A stretch of DNA of 32,000 nucleotides from Candidatus Electronema halotolerans. Lineage in GTDB: Bacteria > Desulfobacterota > Desulfobulbia > Desulfobulbales > Desulfobulbaceae. Position 1 is the stretch's first letter. Each line of letters opens with the position of its first letter. Shown here one piece after another: positions 8,412 through 17,814 of this stretch. Made by a program: the position numbers and the translations under genes. The stretch is from contig OW818675.1 in the NCBI GenBank assembly GCA_942493095.1, positions 1,200,001 to 1,232,000 of the forward strand, read 5' to 3'. The notes under the pieces are model-generated. The model was not told the DNA's origin and searched no databases. It was given only the letters and a program-made list of their open reading frames with translations.

Positions 8412-9485
8412 CTACATCTCCACATCCAAAACATCCACCATCCTGTTATGATAGCCGCTTCGGAGCAGTTCCACCAGTTCGGCGTAATTCTCCACCTTGA
8501 CGCTCAGGCTGCTGACGGCTGAACCGCTGAAACCGGGCAGCGTATAATCGCCATTGCCGGGCACAGTAACTGCGCCGCCTGCCGCGCCGTGCTCGCTCAT
8601 GTCCAGCAGACTGAGCAGGAGCTGGCCGCTGCGGGCATCAAGCACCGCCTGAATGCGGATGAGTTCGGATGCGGTCATTTCCGCAGCCGTAGCCTTGACA
8701 TAGGGGGCTGCCGCGCTGCCGGTCAGGATGCCGACCTCCTGCGGATTGTGGGCACTGAAGCCGCTCAAGACTAACGGAGTGCGCAGTCGCTGTCCATACG
8801 TCCCGGTGCGCAGGGTGCCGTGCTCAGTGTACTGGGTGCTGATGCTGATCGTGTATTCATTGTTCCACGGGTCGTCTTGACTTGGAATGTGCGGCACGAG
8901 CAAGATTTCCGTGTCGCTGATGCTGGCGAACTGAGTCTGCTTGATGCTGCCGCTGCGGGTGCCTGCAATCACACAGCCGCAGTTCGGCTTTTTCTTGTCA
9001 AAGGACAGATCGCTGCCTGAGAGACGGAGCACGCCCTCGCTGTTGAGCACATCGTGCAGTTCCAAGTCCGTGTCTTCGGCAGCAAGAATGACCGGCGCTT
9101 TCTCCTCCGGCGGCAGGACTGTGATACGGGTGCTTTGCTGCAAGGTCTTGATAAAAGGCTGCGAGGCCGCGACCGTGACATCCAGCAGCTCGTCCATGGG
9201 CGGGAGCGGGTCGTCCGGCCCATCCAGACGGGCGTGCAGGGAGGGCCGAATGGTGAAGGCGTTCTCCAGCGTGACCTGCATCCCCTCGGCCAGCATCTCG
9301 CCAACCTCCTCGTGGCCCGCCATCAGAATGGACTTGATCATGTCCGCAGACCAGTTGGGATTTTTCAGGGCAACCCGGGCGGCGACCTCGTCGTAGCCGC
9401 CAATGCCCTGATGGACAAAGCGGAGTTTGTAAGATGCGGGCGTGGTCAGCGGGTTCAGCTCAAGTCGGCATTGGATGCTGTTCAT
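8412..9485 (-). CDS. Conserved protein with HU-like putative DNA-binding N-terminus and DUF4469-like C-terminus
   Basis: MNSIQCRLELNPLTTPASYKLRFVHQG...ARVALKNPNWSADMIKSILMAGHEEVGEMLAEGMQVTLENAFTIRPSLHARL; family recognition from the N-terminal pattern. Confidence 0.6.
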   Translation of the reverse strand: MNSIQCRLELNPLTTPASYKLRFVHQGIGGYDEVAARVALKNPNWSADMIKSILMAGHEEVGEMLAEGMQVTLENAFTIRPSLHARLDGPDDPLPPMDELLDVTVAASQPFIKTLQQSTRITVLPPEEKAPVILAAEDTDLELHDVLNSEGVLRLSGSDLSFDKKKPNCGCVIAGTRSGSIKQTQFASISDTEILLVPHIPSQDDPWNNEYTISISTQYTEHGTLRTGTYGQRLRTPLVLSGFSAHNPQEVGILTGSAAAPYVKATAAEMTASELIRIQAVLDARSGQLLLSLLDMSEHGAAGGAVTVPGNGDYTLPGFSGSAVSSLSVKVENYAELVELLRSGYHNRMVDVLDVEM

Positions 9486-9595
9486 AATGTCCTCCCAATT
9501 GGTTTCAACTGCTGATGACAGCGGATAAAAAGAGCTGTTCCGCAGCATACGGAGCGCTGCCCGGCCTGTCAAGAGGAAAGACGGCGGATTCGGAC

Positions 9596-9687
9596 GCATG
9601 TAAGTCCGCAAGACTTACGTGCATAAGTCCGGCGGACTTGCATGTGTAAGTCTTTGGGACTTACGCGGGTACGTCCGAGGGACTTGT
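9596..9687. repeat. Tandem repeat, 23-bp unit x4, each unit a hairpin/dyad
   Basis: GCATGTAAGTCCGCAAGACTTAC / GTGCATAAGTCCGGCGGACTTGC / ATGTGTAAGTCTTTGGGACTTAC / GCGGGTACGTCCGAGGGACTTGT. Confidence 0.92.
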
Positions 9688-9858
9688 GTGCGTTGGCGGA
9701 AATCTCAAACGCAGGATCGACTTTTGCCGGGATGGGCAGTCGGGGCGGCACGGGAAGATTGTTGCCGACAAAATTCCTCTTGATTTTCACGGCAGATCAG
9801 ACTACGGTTTCGCAGCAATGGACATGCAAACCTGCATTCTCAACTCAACCCTGTGACC

Positions 9859-11070
9859 ATGAAGAAAAGACTTTTTTTTATCTGCTGCATCCTGCTGGCA
9901 TCTGCTGGAATCCTGACCGCTGCCTGCGCCTCCTCCTCGCGGCTGCCTGCGCGGAAAAAACTCATCAAATACGGCCAGGACAGACCGACCCCGTCCGATG
10001 CAGCGGCGCATATCAGGGAGATGGAGAAACGCCCGTTTGACGGCATCGTCATGACGCTGACCGGCAAAAATAAAGGAAATATCTTCCGAGGCGGCAAATG
10101 GGATGCGGCGGACTATGCGGCAGACATGGAAGCTCTGAAGAAGATCAAATGGGGCACGTTCACGGACAACTTTCTTATCATGAACGCGGCCTCGGCAATG
10201 GACTGGTTCAGCGATCAGGATTGGGACAACATTGTCAGCAATGTCGAAATCATGGCCACAGCAGCCAAGGCGGGCCGATGCAATCTGGCCTTCGATCCTG
10301 AACCCTATGGCAAAAATCCTTGGCATTACAAAGTGCAGGCCCATGCTAAGGAGAAATCATTCGGTGACTATGAAGCCAAGGTGCGCCAGCGCGGGGCGCA
10401 GTTCATCGAGGCGATTCAGAAGCATCTGCCGGAAACCGTGCTGCTGACGCTCTTCTCCTACAGCATCTTCCCCAACATCACCGACCAGCCGACTGCGGCC
10501 AAACGGACGCAAATGATAGGCCAGCAGGAACTTTATGGTCTCTATCCCGCCTTTCTGTCTGGCATCTTGGATGCAATGGGGCCGGGCATCACGGTTATTG
10601 ACGGCAATGAGCCTTCCTATTATTACCCGGATACGCATTCCTTTTACACTGGCTACCATCTGATGCGGCAGACCGCTTTGGGCTTGGTGCCGCCGGAAGA
10701 CACAGACACGTTCCTCCTCCAGACGCAGGCAGGACATGCCTTGTATTTTGACTACATCTTTGGCACAGTGAAGTGGAAGAATATTCTTGCTCAGTTCATG
10801 ACCGAGAAGGAACGCTTAAAGTGGTGGGAGCACAATGTCTATTGGGCGCTGAAGACCACAGACGAGTATGTCTGGCTCTGGAATGAACGAATGAACTGGT
10901 GGAAGGAGGAAGGAATGCCGCCCGGCATGGAGCAGGCCTTGATCTCAGCGCGGGAAAAGATTGCCCAGCAAAAGCCGCTCGGCTTCGAGATAGATGAGTT
11001 CATGGATCGGGCGCAAAAGGCGAAGGCGGCGGCCAAAGAGAAGGAGCTGCTGGAAAACGCGGAGGACTGA
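9859..11070 (+). CDS. Putative lipoprotein, possibly a TIM-barrel glycosidase-like protein
   Basis: MKKRLFFICCILLASAGILTAAC signal peptide with lipobox-like AAC; FDGIVMTL...DWFSDQDWDNIVSNVEIMATAAKAGRCNLAFDPEPYG. Confidence 0.6.
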   Translation: MKKRLFFICCILLASAGILTAACASSSRLPARKKLIKYGQDRPTPSDAAAHIREMEKRPFDGIVMTLTGKNKGNIFRGGKWDAADYAADMEALKKIKWGTFTDNFLIMNAASAMDWFSDQDWDNIVSNVEIMATAAKAGRCNLAFDPEPYGKNPWHYKVQAHAKEKSFGDYEAKVRQRGAQFIEAIQKHLPETVLLTLFSYSIFPNITDQPTAAKRTQMIGQQELYGLYPAFLSGILDAMGPGITVIDGNEPSYYYPDTHSFYTGYHLMRQTALGLVPPEDTDTFLLQTQAGHALYFDYIFGTVKWKNILAQFMTEKERLKWWEHNVYWALKTTDEYVWLWNERMNWWKEEGMPPGMEQALISAREKIAQQKPLGFEIDEFMDRAQKAKAAAKEKELLENAED

Positions 11071-11214
11071 AATAACGGCTGCCGCAGGAAAAAAGCTGGA
11101 AATGTCCTTGTTGATTTCTGCCCGGCAAATTATCTTGGCAGGAATGACCTTGCAAGCGCTGCCGGTTGCCGCATCAGGCAGGAAGCGGCAGCTTTCTTTT
11201 TCAACTGAGCAATC

Positions 11215-12486
11215 ATGAATCATTTTAAATATCAAGACGGCGAACTTTATTGCGAGGACGTGCGCATTGAGGAGATCGCCGCCCAAGTCGGCACGCCGTT
11301 CTATCTCTACAGCTCCGCCACCTTGAAACGGCATTTCACCGCCTTTGAGTCCGGTTTCAAGGGCATGGCCCATCAGACCTGTTTTGCCGTCAAAGCCTGC
11401 TCCAATATTGCCATTCTCAATCTCTTTGCCAAGCTCGGCGGCGGGGCGGACATTGTCTCCGGCGGCGAACTGTTCCGCGCCCTGAAAGCGGGCATTGCTC
11501 CTGAGAAGATTATTTATTCCGGCGCAGGCAAGACCCGCAAAGAGCTGCGCGAAGCCTTGCAGGCCGATATTTTGATGTTCAACGTTGAGTCGCCGCAGGA
11601 GTTGGACCGGCTTAATGACGTAGCGGCGGAGCTGAACAAAACCGCCCGCATCGCCTTCCGCATCAACCCGGACGTTGATCCGAAGACCCATGCCTACATC
11701 TCCACTGGCTTGGCAAAGAACAAGTTCGGCATCCCGGTTGCTGAGGCAGCGCAGGAATATCTGCGGGCCGAGGCCATGCCGCAGATAGAGATTGTCGGCG
11801 TGAGCTGCCACATTGGCTCCCAGCTCACCCAAGTGGAGCCGTTCATTGAAGCCCTGCGCAAGGTCAAAGCCTTCATCGCCACGCTGGAAGCACACGGCAT
11901 CAAGATCAACTATCTCGACATGGGCGGCGGCATCGGCATTCCGTATGACGACGAGCAGCCGCCCCATCCGATTGATTATGCGGCGGCAGTGCGGGCCGAG
12001 TTGAAGGGCATGGACTGCACCCTGATTTTGGAGCCAGGCCGCGTTTTGGCCGGCAATGCGGGCGTGTTAGTCACTGAGGTGCAATATACCAAAGCCAATC
12101 GGGGCGGTGAGCAGGAGAAACGCTTCATCATTGTGGATGCGGCCATGAATGACTTGGCCCGGCCCTCGCTTTACGGCGCTTATCACGAAATTCTGCCGGT
12201 GCGCGAGTCTGCGCCGGAGAGCAGCAGGCAAAAGGCGGATGTGGTCGGCCCGATCTGCGAGACTGGTGATTTCCTTGCCAAAGACCGGCTGCTGCCCGAT
12301 GTGCGGCCCGGCGAACTGCTGGCCGTGATGAGCAGCGGTGCTTATGGCTTTTCCATGTCCTCAAACTATAACTCCCGGCCCAAAGTCGCCGAAGTGCTGG
12401 TCAGCGGCGGCAGCTTCAAGGTTATCCGTCAGCGTGAAAGCTATGAAGACTTGGTACGCGGTGAAATGGCGGACGCATTTGCATAA
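11215..12486 (+). CDS. lysA: Diaminopimelate decarboxylase
   Basis: TPFYLYSSATLKRHF, CFAVKACSNIAIL, GGGADIVSGGELFRAL, GVSCHIGSQLTQVEPF, EPGRVLAGNAGVL, CETGDFLAKDR. Confidence 0.96.
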   Translation: MNHFKYQDGELYCEDVRIEEIAAQVGTPFYLYSSATLKRHFTAFESGFKGMAHQTCFAVKACSNIAILNLFAKLGGGADIVSGGELFRALKAGIAPEKIIYSGAGKTRKELREALQADILMFNVESPQELDRLNDVAAELNKTARIAFRINPDVDPKTHAYISTGLAKNKFGIPVAEAAQEYLRAEAMPQIEIVGVSCHIGSQLTQVEPFIEALRKVKAFIATLEAHGIKINYLDMGGGIGIPYDDEQPPHPIDYAAAVRAELKGMDCTLILEPGRVLAGNAGVLVTEVQYTKANRGGEQEKRFIIVDAAMNDLARPSLYGAYHEILPVRESAPESSRQKADVVGPICETGDFLAKDRLLPDVRPGELLAVMSSGAYGFSMSSNYNSRPKVAEVLVSGGSFKVIRQRESYEDLVRGEMADAFA

Positions 12487-12492
12487 AACAGT

Positions 12493-12524
12493 GCAGTCTT
12501 GGCAATGAGGCTGCGGCTTTTTTT
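12493..12524 (+). terminator. Possible Rho-independent terminator after lysA
   Basis: GCAGTC-ttggcaatga-GGCTGC, then ggc and seven T. Confidence 0.4.
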
Positions 12525-13660
12525 CAATCCCTGCAACCACGAGGTGACGATGAAAAAAGCAATCAAACTGAACGCAGTGCTTGCAGCGGCACTCTCTGTT
12601 CCCAGCACCAGCGTAGCTGCCAATTTGGAACTGCTTATGGCCGGGCCGTGGGCTTCTGGCCGCCAGCCTTATTATCCCATTGTCGATACCAAGCAGAGCA
12701 CCTGCTTTAACGATTTGGTATCTATTGCCTGCCCTGCGCAGACGACAGGCGACTTCTACGGCCAAGATTCTCAGCATGACGGGCTGGCTCCAAGCTTCAC
12801 GGGTAATGGCAACGGCACTGTCACAGATAATCGCACCGGATTGATGTGGCAGCAGGATCCGGGCGACAAGAAGACTCGTGATCAAGCCTTGGCTGAAATC
12901 GGCTCCTTTGCTTTGGCAGGTTACACAGACTGGCGGCTGCCTACGATCAAGGAGCTGTATTCGCTGATTCAGTTCAACGGCAAGGACGCAAGCGGCTGCG
13001 ATGATGAAGGCACTACTTGCACTGCTGACGATTACACGCCCTTCATTGACACCACGTATTTCACCTTTCAATATGGGGGGAACGTGTATGGCGACCGGAT
13101 CATTGACGCGCAGTATCTGTCCAGCAATTTGGTGGAAGGCGGCACGAGCAACAATGCCGAGTCAGCCTTTGGCGTGAACTTTGCCGATGGCCGCATCAAG
13201 GGTTATGAACTTGAACCAAAGGGCACACCTAAGACTTTTTTTGTCATGTATGTGCGTGACATCTCAAGCGACAAAAAGTACGGCATCAACAGCTTCAAGG
13301 ACACTGGCGACGGTACGGTGATTGACAGTGCGAGCGGACTGCAATGGATGCAGGCGGACAGCGGCGCAGGCAAGAACTGGCAGGAGGCTCTGGCGTACTG
13401 CGAAAACTTGAGTTTGGCAGATCATACAGACTGGCGGCTGCCTAATGCCAAAGAACTGCACAGCATTGTTGACTACAGCAATGCACCGGACACAAACGGC
13501 AAGCCCGCCATTGACACGGACTATTTCAACTCCACTTCCATCAAAAACGAGAACGGAGTTGATGACTGGCCCTTTTACTGGACCAGCACCACCCTTGAAA
13601 CGTGGAATAACAAAGGGGACAAGGCGGTTTTTGTCGCTTTTGGCCGGGCCTTGGGGTATA

Positions 13661-14704
13661 TAGCGGTTTCAGGTTGTATGGTTATCAGAAAAAGATTAAA
13701 CTTGACTTGTCTGTTTTTTCCATTTTTTTACACACGGAGGTCTGCCATGATTTATTCTATTGATTTCAGAAAGAAAGTCTTGTCTGTTTATGAAAAACAG
13801 AAATCATTGAGAAGAACTGCAGATTTGCTTGACGTTTCCTATAAATTTGTTCAAAGTCTTGTAAAAAGATGGAAGACTGAGGGGACGCTTGAGCCGAAGC
13901 CTCATAAAGGCGGAAATCCTCCGAAAATCAAGGAAGTTCATATGCCTTTTCTGACCAGCATGATTGATGACGAGAACGATCTTACGCTTGAAGAGATGTG
14001 TGATCGCTTATACGAGAAATTCAATTTAAAAATAGCACCTTCCACGCTGTGCGAAACTCTCGCCAGACTGAAAATCAGCCGGAAAAAAAACTTTCCGCGA
14101 TCCGGCGGCGTATAAAGAGGAAAATATAGCAAAGACAGTTAATTACCTTGCAGGCCTGCTCGAGGCTGACAAAAAGAATTTCATCTTTATTGATGAGACA
14201 GGATGCTGTTTGAACATGTCGAGAAAATTTGCAAGATCAAGAAAAGGAACAAGAGCTTTTTCAAAAAGACCTTCAGGTAAAGGGAAAAGAATAAGCATGA
14301 TAGGAGCTGTAAAGTTTGGAAAAATATTGAAGTGCATGAAATTTAAAGGCACCATGACAGGAGATGTCTTTTATTTCTATATAAAAAATTATCTTTTGAA
14401 ATATCTTGACAGCAGCAAGACAGTCGTTCTTGACAATGCCAGTCCTCATAAAAACAAAGAAGCTCTCGCTTTGATCAGAAGTACAGGAGCGAAGATCATT
14501 TTCCTCCCTCCTTATCGTCCTGAACTGAACCCTATTGAATACTGCTGGTCAGTAATGAAAAACACTATAAGAAAATTGAAGCCGAGAACAGAGCGTGAGC
14601 TGATGGAAGCTTATGATATATCTCTGAAAACGGTTAAGTCAAAATCAATCAAATCGTTTTTCCGTCATTGCTGGGTTTGATATCTGTTCAATACGAAACC
14701 GCTA
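13661..14704 (+). mobile_element. IS630-family insertion sequence, 1044 bp, flanked by TA duplication
   Basis: Ends TAGCGGTTTC...GAAACCGCTA with TA at 13659-13660 and 14705-14706; encodes an IS630-type transposase. Confidence 0.92.
13747..14680 (+). CDS. IS630-family transposase in two frames (orfA 13747-14115; orfB continuing to 14680)
   Basis: HTH part MIYSIDFRKKVLSVYEKQKSLRRTADLLDVSYKFVQSLVKRWK...; DDE part FIFIDETGC...VVLDNASPHK...LPPYRPELNPIEYCWS; frame changes at an A8 run (14083-14090). Confidence 0.85.
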
Positions 14705-14877
14705 TATGAGCGATACATGGGTGAACATTCACGGAGCCGGAGCAGTGAAGGCAGACTTCAAATCCGGTGATCCTGAATCTTATAAATATGGAGACGGGCC
14801 GCAAAACGGGGCAGTGCGCATTTACAACTACGTGCGCTGCGTCAGGGATGCAACCTGATCAGCACAGACGAGACAGC

Positions 14878-16104
14878 ATGAAATACATTCTCCTTATTGG
14901 CGACGGCATGGGCGACACGCCTGTACCGGAGTTGGGCAACAAAACTCCTTTGGAAGCGGCGCGCAAGCCAACAATTGACCGCCTCTGTGCCTTGGCCGAG
15001 CCGCTGCTCGTCCGCACTGTGCCCGAAGGCTGTCCGCCGGGCAGCGATGTGGCCAATCTTTCCCTGCTTGGCTATGAACCGGCCAGATGCTACACAGGCC
15101 GCGCCCCGCTGGAGGCGGCGAGCATGGGGATTGCTGTCCCGGAAGAGGGAGTGGCCTTCCGCTGCAACTTGGTCACGGTCCGCTATGAGGACGATGGCCG
15201 TCTGATCATGCTTGATCACAGCGCAGGCCACGTCAACAGCGAGGAAGCGGCTGAACTGATCGCGGCTGTCCAAGCCGCCTGCGGCACGGCGCGGCTTCAG
15301 TTTCATCCGGGCGTGAGCTACCGGCACCTGCTCATCCACCAAGGCAATGTGCCAAAGAGCCTGCGCACCGTGCCGCCGCATGATCATCTTGGCCAGGATG
15401 TCACCAGTTTTTATCAAGAGTATTTAGCTGTTGATTATCTTGCCGAGCTGATGCGCACCTCGGCCAAGGTGCTTGCGGAACATCCTGTTAATAAGAAGCG
15501 GGAGGCGGCAGGTAAGTTGCCTGCCAACAGCATCTGGATTTGGGGTGAAGGTGGCAGGCCGCAACTCGACACGCTTGCCCAACGCTGGGGATTGAGCGGC
15601 AGCCTGATTTCTGCTGTTGATCTGCTCAAAGGAATTGGCGTGTGCAGCGGCTTGGATGTTCTGGATGTTCCGGGCGCGACCGGCTACTTGGACACCAATT
15701 ACCAAGGCAAGGCTGAGGCTGCCTTGAAGGCCTTGGAGACACAGGACTTTGTTCTTGTCCATATCGAGGCCCCGGACGAGGCCGGGCATCAGGGTTCGGC
15801 AAAAGACAAGGTGCAGGCAATTGAGGACTTTGATGCTAAAATAGTCGCCCCGATCACAGCGGAAATGGACCGGCGCGGCGAGCCGTATCGTCTTGTCGTG
15901 ACAATGGATCATTACACCACTATTGCCAGCCGCACCCATGAGGCTTGGCCTGTGCCCATGTTCATTTATGATTCGCAGGGCGGCATAGCCAAGCCTGCGG
16001 GCTGCGCCTACACAGAAGAGAATATCAAGGCTGTTGCTCAATATCTTGCCAGCGGCACCGAGTTCTTTGCCCGCTTTGTCCAGCAGGAACAGCGGCATGG
16101 CTGA
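14878..16104 (+). CDS. apgM: Cofactor-independent phosphoglycerate mutase (archaeal-type, ApgM-like)
   Basis: MKYILLIGDGMGDTPVPELGNKTPLEAARKPTIDRL, PPGSDVANLSLLGYEP, YTGRAPLEAASMGI, HIEAPDEAGHQG, VTMDHYTTIASRTHEAWPVP. Confidence 0.92.
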   Translation: MKYILLIGDGMGDTPVPELGNKTPLEAARKPTIDRLCALAEPLLVRTVPEGCPPGSDVANLSLLGYEPARCYTGRAPLEAASMGIAVPEEGVAFRCNLVTVRYEDDGRLIMLDHSAGHVNSEEAAELIAAVQAACGTARLQFHPGVSYRHLLIHQGNVPKSLRTVPPHDHLGQDVTSFYQEYLAVDYLAELMRTSAKVLAEHPVNKKREAAGKLPANSIWIWGEGGRPQLDTLAQRWGLSGSLISAVDLLKGIGVCSGLDVLDVPGATGYLDTNYQGKAEAALKALETQDFVLVHIEAPDEAGHQGSAKDKVQAIEDFDAKIVAPITAEMDRRGEPYRLVVTMDHYTTIASRTHEAWPVPMFIYDSQGGIAKPAGCAYTEENIKAVAQYLASGTEFFARFVQQEQRHG

Positions 16105-16525
16105 TTTGCGCATGGAAATGAGCGAGCCGGTTTTCCGCCTGAACTACCGGATCATTTACGGCGATACCGACGCAGGCGGCATTGTCTATTATGCCAACTA
16201 TCTCCGCTTCATGGAGCTGGGCCGCAACGAGCTGATGCGCAGTTTGTCCACGCCCTACAGCGAGCTGGAACAGGACGGCATCATCATTCCGGTGACAGAA
16301 TGCCATCTCCGCTACAAGGCTTCAGCTTATTACGATGACGTGATCAGCATTCACACCTGTCTGGCCGAGCTGACGCGCTGGTCCTGCCGCTTTCATTACC
16401 GGATCAGCTGCCCGCAGGGAGACAGGGAGCAGCTCTTGGTCAAGGGCTTCACCAAGCACGCTTGCATTGACCGGCAGGGCAGGCTGCTGCCCATGCCGGA
16501 AAAAGTCATGCGGCTCGCCGGATGA
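16097..16525 (+). CDS. ybgC: Acyl-CoA thioesterase, YbgC/4HBT family
   Basis: RIIYGDTDAGGIVYYANYLRFMELGRNELMR hotdog thioesterase motif; overlaps previous gene by 8 bp. Confidence 0.88.
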   Translation: MADLRMEMSEPVFRLNYRIIYGDTDAGGIVYYANYLRFMELGRNELMRSLSTPYSELEQDGIIIPVTECHLRYKASAYYDDVISIHTCLAELTRWSCRFHYRISCPQGDREQLLVKGFTKHACIDRQGRLLPMPEKVMRLAG

Positions 16526-16571
16526 CAACTTCTCATCTTTTCACCCAACTTTACTTCTCAGGAGAAACGTC

Positions 16572-16913
16572 ATGGCTGACAACTGCATTTTCTGCAAAAT
16601 CATCCAAGGAGAAATCCCGGCTGCCAAGCTCTATGAGGATGATGAGCTGCTGGCCTTCCGGGACATCAGTCCAGAAGCACCGCTGCATTTTCTCGTGATT
16701 CCGAAAAAACACATCAGCGGGCCTGCGGCAGTGGCGGCTGAGGACGAGCGGCTGATCGGCAAAATGCTGCGCATCGGCAGCGAGACAGCCAAGAAGGAGG
16801 GGTTTGAGAACTTCCGGGTGGTCTTCAACAACGGTGCCCAGGCAGGACAGACCGTGTTCCATATTCACATGCACATCCTTGGCGGACGCGACCTGACCTG
16901 GCCTCCGGGCTGA
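16572..16913 (+). CDS. HIT-family (histidine triad) protein
   Basis: CIFCKIIQGEIPAAKLYEDDELLAFRDISPEAPLHFLVIPKKHI...GQTVFHIHMHILGG. Confidence 0.95.
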   Translation: MADNCIFCKIIQGEIPAAKLYEDDELLAFRDISPEAPLHFLVIPKKHISGPAAVAAEDERLIGKMLRIGSETAKKEGFENFRVVFNNGAQAGQTVFHIHMHILGGRDLTWPPG

Positions 16914-16965
16914 TCGCGCCTGCTGCGCAACGCCCAAGGCCTTGTCTTGGGCTGATTGACAGGCA

Positions 16966-17595
16966 TCACAGCCCGCCCCTCTCCAAAAAAGGCGCAGTGT
17001 CGCCCTTGCCTTCCCGCAGAATTTCCGGCTCCTCGTCAATTAAAGAGATGACTGTTGAAGGTTCAGGACTGATGGGGCCGCCATCAACAATCAGATCCAC
17101 CTGATTGCCGAAAAGCTCTTCCACGTAAAATGCGTCCGCAGGCGGATCGCAGTCTTCCCGCAACGCGCTGGTGTTGAGCATCGGATTGCCGAGCTGCTCA
17201 ATGATCGCCAAGCATATCTGCGAGTCAGGCACGCGGATGCCCACAGTTTTCTGCTTGGTCAGCATGATCTTGGGCACTACTTTGGAACCAGGCAGCACCA
17301 TGGTGTAAGGGCCGGGCAGATGCCGCCGCAGCAGCCGGTAGGCCCAGCTGCTGACATGAGCGTACTGGCTGATATCCTTGAGCGAGGAGCACATGAAGGA
17401 AAACGGCTTCTGTCGGGGCCGCTGCCGGATTTCATGCACCCGCTTCACCGCCTTCTGATTGAAGATGTCACAGCTGATGCCGTACATGGTGTCCGTGGGA
17501 CAGCAGATGACACCGCCTTTTTTCAGGACATCAGCAGCCATGCTGATCAGCCTTGGCTGAGGATTGATTGGATTTATTTCGAGATGTCTGGACAT
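16966..17595 (-). CDS. yciO: L-threonylcarbamoyladenylate synthase-type protein, YciO subfamily
   Basis: GGVICCPTDTMYGISCD, HEIRQRPRQKPFSFMCSSLKDISQYA, LPGPYTMVLPG, KTVGIRVPD, VDLIVDGG. Confidence 0.88.
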   Translation of the reverse strand: MSRHLEINPINPQPRLISMAADVLKKGGVICCPTDTMYGISCDIFNQKAVKRVHEIRQRPRQKPFSFMCSSLKDISQYAHVSSWAYRLLRRHLPGPYTMVLPGSKVVPKIMLTKQKTVGIRVPDSQICLAIIEQLGNPMLNTSALREDCDPPADAFYVEELFGNQVDLIVDGGPISPEPSTVISLIDEEPEILREGKGDTAPFLERGGL

Positions 17596-17814
17596 GGAAA
17601 ACTTTGTCGGCTGAAATATGAAGCGCACTACAGTGCCATTGTACACAGAAACACCTTCAGCGGCAAGCGGCTCCCGGTCGAAAAAAATTGCCTGTTTCAG
17701 ACTTGTCGGCGCAGGTAAAATTTCTTATACTATTTTCACAGCATGTCACAGCCTCTCCGCTGTCGGGCTGCCTTGCGTCCGATTGGCGGGATACTTCTGC
17801 CTTTTCAGAACAAC

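Larger units (their letters stand above)
12550..14858 (+). pseudogene. Secreted DUF1566 (Lcl C-terminal) domain protein, disrupted by an IS630-like element (host parts 12550-13660 and 14707-14858)
   Basis: Signal peptide MKKAIKLNAVLAAALSVPSTSVAA; two TDWRLPT/NxKEL repeats; removing 13661-14704 plus one TA restores ...FGRALGYMSDTWVNIHGAGAVKADFKSGDPESYKYGDGPQNGAVRIYNYVRCVRDAT*. Confidence 0.9.

Noticed and set aside
9596-9687. CRISPR-like array
   Set aside because: There are no spacers; it is a tandem of degenerate hairpins.
10945-11967. Minus-strand 340-aa ORF
   Set aside because: It is antisense to lysA and the lipoprotein gene.
12361-13071. Minus-strand 236-aa ORF
   Set aside because: It is antisense to the lysA end and the DUF1566 gene.
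12499-14115. A genuine 538-aa DUF1566-HTH fusion protein
   Set aside because: IS630-like ends and TA duplication show that the HTH part belongs to an inserted transposase.
15424-16113. Minus-strand 229-aa ORF
   Set aside because: It is antisense to the phosphoglycerate mutase gene.
16932-16952. Terminator after the HIT gene (GCCCAAG...CTTGGGC)
   Set aside because: The 7-bp stem is real, but no T-tract follows on either strand; kept out of the feature list.
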